Origin: an uncultured Bacteroidales bacterium
GTDB taxonomy: Bacteria > Bacteroidota > Bacteroidia > Bacteroidales > UBA1715
DNA: 48,158 nucleotides
Assembly (NCBI GenBank): GCA_964558075.1
Contig: CAZLCY010000001.1
Span: 1-48,158, forward strand
Direction of reading: 5' to 3'
The translations under genes and the position numbers were made by a program. The notes under the pieces are model-generated. The model saw nothing but the letters and a program-made list of their open reading frames with translations, made no database searches and was not told the origin of the DNA. Below are positions 44,668 to 48,158 of the stretch, piece by piece. The first letter of the stretch is position 1; every line of letters begins with the position of its first letter.

Positions 44668-44935
44668 CTTTATATATTATATTATAAACTTCGAACAAAC
44701 GTTAACCAGCCTGAATTCATTCTACAAAAAATTTGAATTCATCCTATTCATATATTTGCATATTCACATATTCAAATATTTATATATCAATACGCCGTAT
44801 ATGTCATTCTTTTGTATGTCTTAATAAGATATTACCTAAAAGCAAAATAAACCCTGTGTACGCTCTGCTACAGGATGTACAAACCGCATTTTAGGGTTAA
44901 TTGATGACGTTTTTTAGGGAATTAATGTGCAGGCA

Positions 44936-44966
44936 TTAAAAAAGACCATGTTTCCGCATAGTCTTT
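44936..44966 (-). terminator. rho-independent terminator
   Basis: The minus strand reads AAGACUAUG-cggaaa-CAUGGUCUU, a 9-bp stem including one G:U pair, followed by a run of U residues. It lies about 27 nt after the stop at 44993. Confidence 0.65.
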
Positions 44967-44992
44967 AAACTTTTACCTGCTGGTTTAAGTTA

Positions 44993-45493
44993 TTAAAACA
45001 ACGAATCATATTTAACGTCAAATCTACTGATTGAATTATTTTTCATTGTAGGCATTTTAATTCCTGTGGTTGTGTAATGATTGATTTTTTTCCCTGAAAA
45101 AATTAATTGAAGGGAATTTATGTTTCTTGCATTGTCGATGACAACACGTTTTAATTTATGCAAAGAATAAAAATCATCAAATATGGCATACAATTCATCG
45201 CGGGAAATATCCCATAAAAAACCTTGAAAGTTAATTCCAAAGTTTAATGTATTTGTAGTAACAAAAGTTCTTTTTGTCAATGGGAATAGATTCAAAAAGA
45301 TTAATTCATTAGATAATTCTTGTTTATTGAACATTTCCTTGAATTGTTCGGGTTTTCTTATTCTTTTTCCATAAATTCTGAAATACGCTTTAATTTCATC
45401 AATTTTTTTCACATAAATTCCTTCTTCTAATATAATTTTTGAAGCTTTCTGTACCATTTTCTTGCATCCAAGTAACGAATGGTATCCAGTCAT
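44993..45493 (-). CDS. hypothetical protein (166 aa or shorter)
   Basis: From the ORF track. It overlaps the upstream amidoligase-like ORF by 95 nt. The internal ATG at 45457 would reduce the overlap. Confidence 0.45.
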   Translation of the reverse strand: MTGYHSLLGCKKMVQKASKIILEEGIYVKKIDEIKAYFRIYGKRIRKPEQFKEMFNKQELSNELIFLNLFPLTKRTFVTTNTLNFGINFQGFLWDISRDELYAIFDDFYSLHKLKRVVIDNARNINSLQLIFSGKKINHYTTTGIKMPTMKNNSISRFDVKYDSLF

Positions 45494-46703
45494 ATTTCAA
45501 GTTTGAACTTTCGAATTCAAACAGGTTAAAATATTCGAAAATCATATGTATTAGTTCGATTGTTGCAAGAAAAGTTTCCGCATTCAGGGTACCTCTAAAG
45601 TACCTAAATTCATATGTTTGACTTCGCGATAGATTAATACAGTTATGATGATTGTACACGTTTTCAAACTGCAAGAAGAATTCATCGTGAACCTCATCGG
45701 CAGTTTTTTTGCCGTCAACATATTTTATAATGTCATCATAAGATTCGACCGGCTCACACGTGGAAGTGTTTATAAATTTTCTGTTATATGTAGATTCTTT
45801 GCGCCGGCAAAAATTTCGAATTTCATCGTTGTTATCTGCGAAAAATTTGAGCACATGTGGCATTAACCTGTTTGTGCGGTTATTTTTAGATATATGTATA
45901 TGCAAGCCACAGGTTAACGTATTATCGCTCCTGTACCCTACCCGTATTAATTTTTCAAACCAGAAACGAAAGTTATGCTTTTTCAATGTATGGAAACAGC
46001 ATGGTTTTGAAACTATCTCAAAACCGTTGTCAAGAGATGAATCCCATGACATGCCCGCAACGATATTACTTGCATAATTCATTATCAGCTTTGCGGCGTC
46101 ATTGTGCCGTGTACCAGTTTGTGAAGCTCTATCAGCTTCAATTTCCAGTTCGAAACCGATAAGAGTTTTTTCGTTCGATCGCGTGCATTTTTCGCAACGT
46201 GTCCACTTGAACCGATCTTTAGGAATTTGATGATAATCATGTATTGCATTAATTGTATTATATCCGCACGGACATTCACCTTCCGTACGATAATGACCAC
46301 AACCGGGACATTTAGTTGCGTTTAGGTCATCTATACAATTATAGCATATAGTTTCAATTTCCAAATCATGATACATAAAAAACGTATAATAACTGTGATG
46401 ATAATTATCACAGTTTGCACAACACACGTAATTCTCAAAACATGATTTGCAAACATGAACTTCCACTTCCGCAATACATTCTATTACAATATAATTATAC
46501 TCGTAATTGTCTTTGCGTATTAAACCAGTGCAATCATTGCACCGTGTATAACATCGCGGACAATACTCTGTAGCGGGAATTATCCTTTTACAAAGCGGGC
46601 AGTTTTTATATTCTTCATAAAATGCCCATTGTATTGTTGATGGCATTGTATTCATGCCTATTTTTATATTTAAATAAAAATTCATTATTATCTTCTTTCC
46701 CAT
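45399..46703 (-). CDS. amidoligase-like (glutamine synthetase/GCS2-fold, Amidoligase_2-type) protein with N-terminal multi-CxxC zinc-ribbon array
   Basis: The C-terminal half has IGFELEIE, WDSSLDNGFEIVSKP, LTCGLHIHIS and TYEFRYFRGTLN in the order typical of this family. The N-terminal roughly 150 aa carry at least 8 CxxC/CxC pairs. The start could be the ATG at 46685. Confidence 0.6.
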   Translation of the reverse strand: MGKKIIMNFYLNIKIGMNTMPSTIQWAFYEEYKNCPLCKRIIPATEYCPRCYTRCNDCTGLIRKDNYEYNYIVIECIAEVEVHVCKSCFENYVCCANCDNYHHSYYTFFMYHDLEIETICYNCIDDLNATKCPGCGHYRTEGECPCGYNTINAIHDYHQIPKDRFKWTRCEKCTRSNEKTLIGFELEIEADRASQTGTRHNDAAKLIMNYASNIVAGMSWDSSLDNGFEIVSKPCCFHTLKKHNFRFWFEKLIRVGYRSDNTLTCGLHIHISKNNRTNRLMPHVLKFFADNNDEIRNFCRRKESTYNRKFINTSTCEPVESYDDIIKYVDGKKTADEVHDEFFLQFENVYNHHNCINLSRSQTYEFRYFRGTLNAETFLATIELIHMIFEYFNLFEFESSNLKYDWIPFVTWMQENGTESFKNYIRRRNLCEKN

Positions 46704-46825
46704 ATTTCATCAATTATTTCCGCATCGCTGTTTGATGCTGAATTGTCATTGTGAAGCATCGAATTTAATGCTTCGTTTATAATTACACTAACAGTAATTA
46801 TGATTATGCCAATTAGTGTATTCAT
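46688..46825 (-). CDS. small membrane protein (45 aa)
   Basis: Hand-translated as MNTLIGIIIITVSVIINEALNS... . It has one N-terminal TM helix and an acidic tail. RBS AAGGATGG lies upstream. Confidence 0.45.
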   Translation of the reverse strand: MNTLIGIIIITVSVIINEALNSMLHNDNSASNSDAEIIDEIWERR

Positions 46826-46865
46826 TCTTCCATCCTTCTTTTAGTTAATTTGCCTTTCATATTGC

Positions 46866-46906
46866 AAAAAAAAGGATGAATAATCCCCATAAGAGGATTA
46901 TCCACC
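46866..46906 (-). terminator. rho-independent terminator
   Basis: The minus strand forms an imperfect hairpin, GGUGGAUAAUCC...GGAUUAUUCAUCC, directly followed by U8 (A8 at 46866-46873 on the plus strand). Confidence 0.6.
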
Positions 46907-46915
46907 CGAGTATTT

Positions 46916-46999
46916 TTAGCATGCTATCACGGCCATAAAAATGACCATAATAATCCACGCTATCATGGCAATTTCTTGCCATGTTAATTCAATTTTCAT
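46916..46999 (-). CDS. 27-aa hydrophobic peptide
   Basis: Hand-translated as MKIELTWQEIAMIAWIIMVIFMAVIAC. RBS AGGAG lies 8 nt upstream. It follows the structured leader at 47029-47108. Confidence 0.45.
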   Translation of the reverse strand: MKIELTWQEIAMIAWIIMVIFMAVIAC

Positions 47000-47028
47000 A
47001 TTTCATACTCCTTTTTTTTAAATACAAA

Positions 47029-47052
47029 TTACCCGGATTTGTCGACTCCGGG
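47029..47052. repeat. conserved 24-nt hairpin repeat, copy 1 (minus strand: CCCGGA-GUCGACAAA-UCCGGG-UAA)
   Basis: ttacccggatttgtcgactccggg is identical to 47772-47795. A truncated copy lies at 48148-48158 and a 10-nt remnant at 1294-1303. Confidence 0.9.
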
Positions 47053-47108
47053 CGTGCCGGATAGAGGGAAGCAAGCCCGGCACCTGAAATAGGTAAGGTC
47101 TTACTTCC
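47053..47108 (-). ncRNA. unclassified pseudoknotted RNA element
   Basis: The minus strand has GGAAG (47108-47104) complementary to CUUCC (47071-47067). That CUUCC lies in the loop of a 7-bp hairpin, GUGCCGG (47083-47077) paired with CCGGCAC (47060-47054). A small GUAA-GACC-UUAC hairpin lies between them. Together these give an H-type pseudoknot topology. Confidence 0.4.
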
Positions 47109-47156
47109 AAAAAATAAAGCCATCATATATCCTCCAAACAGATATACAATGGCTTT
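47109..47156 (-). terminator. rho-independent terminator after the 169-aa gene
   Basis: On the minus strand AAAGCCAU pairs with AUGGCUUU, with an inner AUAUC/GAUAU helix, followed by AUUUUUU. Confidence 0.6.
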
Positions 47157-47159
47157 ATT

Positions 47160-47669
47160 TTATATAAATTCCCTTTGTATATATTCTTCATAGGCCGTTT
47201 TACGGCCTATGATGGCTATTGTCGTTGTGGTTGTAGTGCTATTCATATGCACTACTTTTTTATTTTTACCTTCGGGGAGGCAAACTATGCCTTTCCCGTC
47301 GAAATAATACACATTACAGGGAGCGACATCGTAATGTGCAATTTTACGATGCTCTCCCCCCCCTGTTGTGTATTCTATGACTTCTGAAGGCTCTATGTCC
47401 TCCAGAAGGACCCTTGATTTTTTTCCCTTTGGAACTATAAAAGTTCCGTAGGGTTCTTTTCTTATTTCCCATCCGGGAATCAACCATTCAGGGGAATGGT
47501 TTAATATGAAACCGGGTTTTATTTCCCCGGTTTTAGTATTAATTGCATCTCCCCATTCATGGGGGTTGGTGCAATTAAAAAATGGATTTATACTCTTATG
47601 ATAATGCAGACCTGCCATAGTCTGCATTTTACGGAGCTGTTTAAGCTCCTTTTTATTTAGTTTTTTCAT
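47160..47669 (-). CDS. hypothetical protein (169 aa)
   Basis: I set the start at the ATG at 47669 (MKKLNKKELKQ), after AAAGAGGAAG. The track's 30-codon N-terminal extension runs through the hammerhead sequence. Confidence 0.55.
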   Translation of the reverse strand: MKKLNKKELKQLRKMQTMAGLHYHKSINPFFNCTNPHEWGDAINTKTGEIKPGFILNHSPEWLIPGWEIRKEPYGTFIVPKGKKSRVLLEDIEPSEVIEYTTGGGEHRKIAHYDVAPCNVYYFDGKGIVCLPEGKNKKVVHMNSTTTTTTIAIIGRKTAYEEYIQREFI

Positions 47670-47714
47670 TTTTTCTTCCTCTTTCTCCCCTTTTCGCCGG
47701 AGCGCGGTTGATTT

Positions 47715-47771
47715 CCGTTTCGCTCCCCGCTGGTTGCGGAGGCTCATCAGCCCTGTCAATTCAGGGGACGG
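47715..47771 (-). ncRNA. type III hammerhead self-cleaving ribozyme
   Basis: The minus strand reads CCGU-C/CCCUG-AAUUGA-CAGGG-CUGAUGA-GCCUCCGC-AACCA-GCGGGGAGC-GAAA-CGG. All invariant core residues are present: CUGAUGA, GAA, the A15.1:U16.1 pair and the G10.1:C11.1 pair. The GUC cleavage triplet places the cut between 47767 and 47766. Confidence 0.85.
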
Positions 47772-47795
47772 TTACCCGGATTTGTCGACTCCGGG
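47772..47795. repeat. conserved 24-nt hairpin repeat, copy 2
   Basis: It is identical to 47029-47052 and lies immediately 5' (on the minus strand) of hammerhead stem III. Confidence 0.9.
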
Positions 47796-47817
47796 TGGGC
47801 CGTGGGAAGGGAGTGAA

Positions 47818-48075
47818 TTACTCTTCACTCCCCTCCCAAGTTACTCTCATAATAAATTCGAAATCTTCGAATTCATAGCTGGCATACCAGGGCAGGGCTT
47901 CGAACCCATATTTATCCTGGTATTTAAACATGACAAGGCACTGTTCCATTGACAGTGCCTTAATGAGAGCCAACCCGGCCTCCGCCGGGCTGATGCCGTT
48001 ATCATATTCCAGCGCATCCTGAAGCGATATAGTATCCAAATTGCCAATTTGGATATTTTTTACTTCCGTATTCAT
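47818..48075 (-). CDS. hypothetical protein (85 aa) flanked by two ribozymes
   Basis: From the ORF track, with RBS AGGAGG 7 nt upstream. Its last codons form the 5' arm of a 9-bp hairpin (GGGAGUGAA/UUCACUCCC). Confidence 0.6.
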   Translation of the reverse strand: MNTEVKNIQIGNLDTISLQDALEYDNGISPAEAGLALIKALSMEQCLVMFKYQDKYGFEALPWYASYEFEDFEFIMRVTWEGSEE

Positions 48076-48103
48076 TTTCTTCCTCCTAAATTTTTACTCC
48101 CAT

Positions 48104-48150
48104 CCCCCTTTAACACGGGCTTTGGACCGTCCTCGGCGGGGTTAAAGTTA
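48104..48150 (-). ncRNA. twister-like self-cleaving ribozyme (core)
   Basis: The minus strand reads UAA-CUUUAAC-CCCGCCGAGG-ACGG-UCCAAAGC-CCGU-GUUAAAG-GGGG. P2 is CUUUAAC/GUUAAAG and P4 is ACGG/CCGU with an 8-nt loop, UCCAAAGC. The loop GC can pair with the upstream GCC, and the loop CC with the 3' G-run. This is the twister double-pseudoknot layout. Confidence 0.6.
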
Positions 48151-48158
48151 CCCGGATT
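48148..48158. repeat. conserved hairpin repeat, copy 3 (truncated at the window end)
   Basis: ttacccggatt matches the first 11 nt of the repeat. Joined to window position 1 (gggccgggatag), it gives a shorter CCCGG-CCCAAU-CCGGG hairpin on the minus strand. Confidence 0.7.

Noticed and set aside
47054-47108. A pistol ribozyme on the plus strand (hairpin GUGCCGG/CCGGCAC followed by AAAUAG and a loop-to-downstream pseudoknot).
   Set aside because: The required P2 pairing between the segment after AAAUAG and the 3' end is missing, and the expected P3/GU cleavage context is absent. The plus strand is also antisense to all local genes.
47029-47108. An HDV-like (theta-type) ribozyme fold for the pseudoknotted element.
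   Set aside because: The GGAAG/CUUCC and GUGCCGG/CCGGCAC pairings could mimic P1 and P2. But only 5 nt are available for P3/L3 and 6 nt for P4, so the nested double pseudoknot cannot form.
47670-47759. The 30-codon N-terminal extension of ORF 47160-47759 (MTGLMSLRNQRGAKRK...).
   Set aside because: This stretch is the hammerhead ribozyme and its leader. A strong RBS precedes the internal ATG at 47669.
48108-48147. An integron attC-like site (CTTTAAC ... GTTAAAG resembling the inverse-core and core sites).
   Set aside because: The sequences do not fit RYYYAAC/GTTRRRY exactly, and no integron integrase is present. The pairing is better explained as P2 of the twister-like fold.

Overview
This AT-rich 48.2-kb window, with a few visibly GC-richer patches, reads as a complete or near-complete tailed dsDNA phage genome. 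It is probably a circularly closed or permuted contig, because joining the two window ends rebuilds a short version of a hairpin conserved elsewhere in the window.

Nearly all genes are on the minus strand, behind repeated consensus sigma70/sigmaA-type promoters (TTGACA-17-TATAAT). In transcription order they are:
- A ribozyme-punctuated small-gene operon (wraps 872->1, then 48158->46900).
- An amidoligase-like gene (46.7-45.4 kb).
- An AT-rich repeat region (44.6-44.9 kb).
- Early unknown genes (44.5-42.0 kb).
- A replication/recombination module (41.9-31.1 kb): SNF2 helicase, RuvC-like resolvase, Cas4-like Fe-S PD-(D/E)XK nuclease, Sak4-like ATPase, RHH protein, primase-helicase, UDG-PolA fusion and dNMP-kinase-like protein.
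- Packaging and head genes (31.1-24.2 kb): TerS, a split TerL, portal, scaffold-like, decoration-like and MCP.
- Virion and tail proteins (24.2-7.9 kb), including Q/M/G-rich disordered proteins and a 2372-aa giant.
- A metallophosphoesterase, Zn-ribbon proteins, an NlpC/P60-type endolysin and an MT-A70 methylase.

A plus-strand operon (2.4-4.45 kb) encodes a second N6-adenine methylase and a PAPS-reductase-like PP-loop enzyme.

The most interesting content is RNA:
- A promoter-driven RNA operon (1546-1993) whose first gene is an 83-nt tmRNA-like tRNA-like domain with no tag-coding or pseudoknot part. It is followed by tRNA-Met(CAU), tRNA-Gln(UUG) and an odd short-variable-arm tRNA-Leu(UAA).
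- A textbook type III hammerhead ribozyme (47715-47771, minus strand).
- A twister-like ribozyme (48104-48150, minus strand).
- A third pseudoknotted element of unknown class (47053-47108, minus strand).
- A 24-nt hairpin-plus-UAA repeat placed immediately upstream (in transcript sense) of all three of these elements' downstream neighbours.

I saw no integrase, reverse transcriptase, CRISPR array or evidence of stop-codon recoding. All functional calls rest on motifs read by eye and on gene order. No database search, HMM or covariance model was run.
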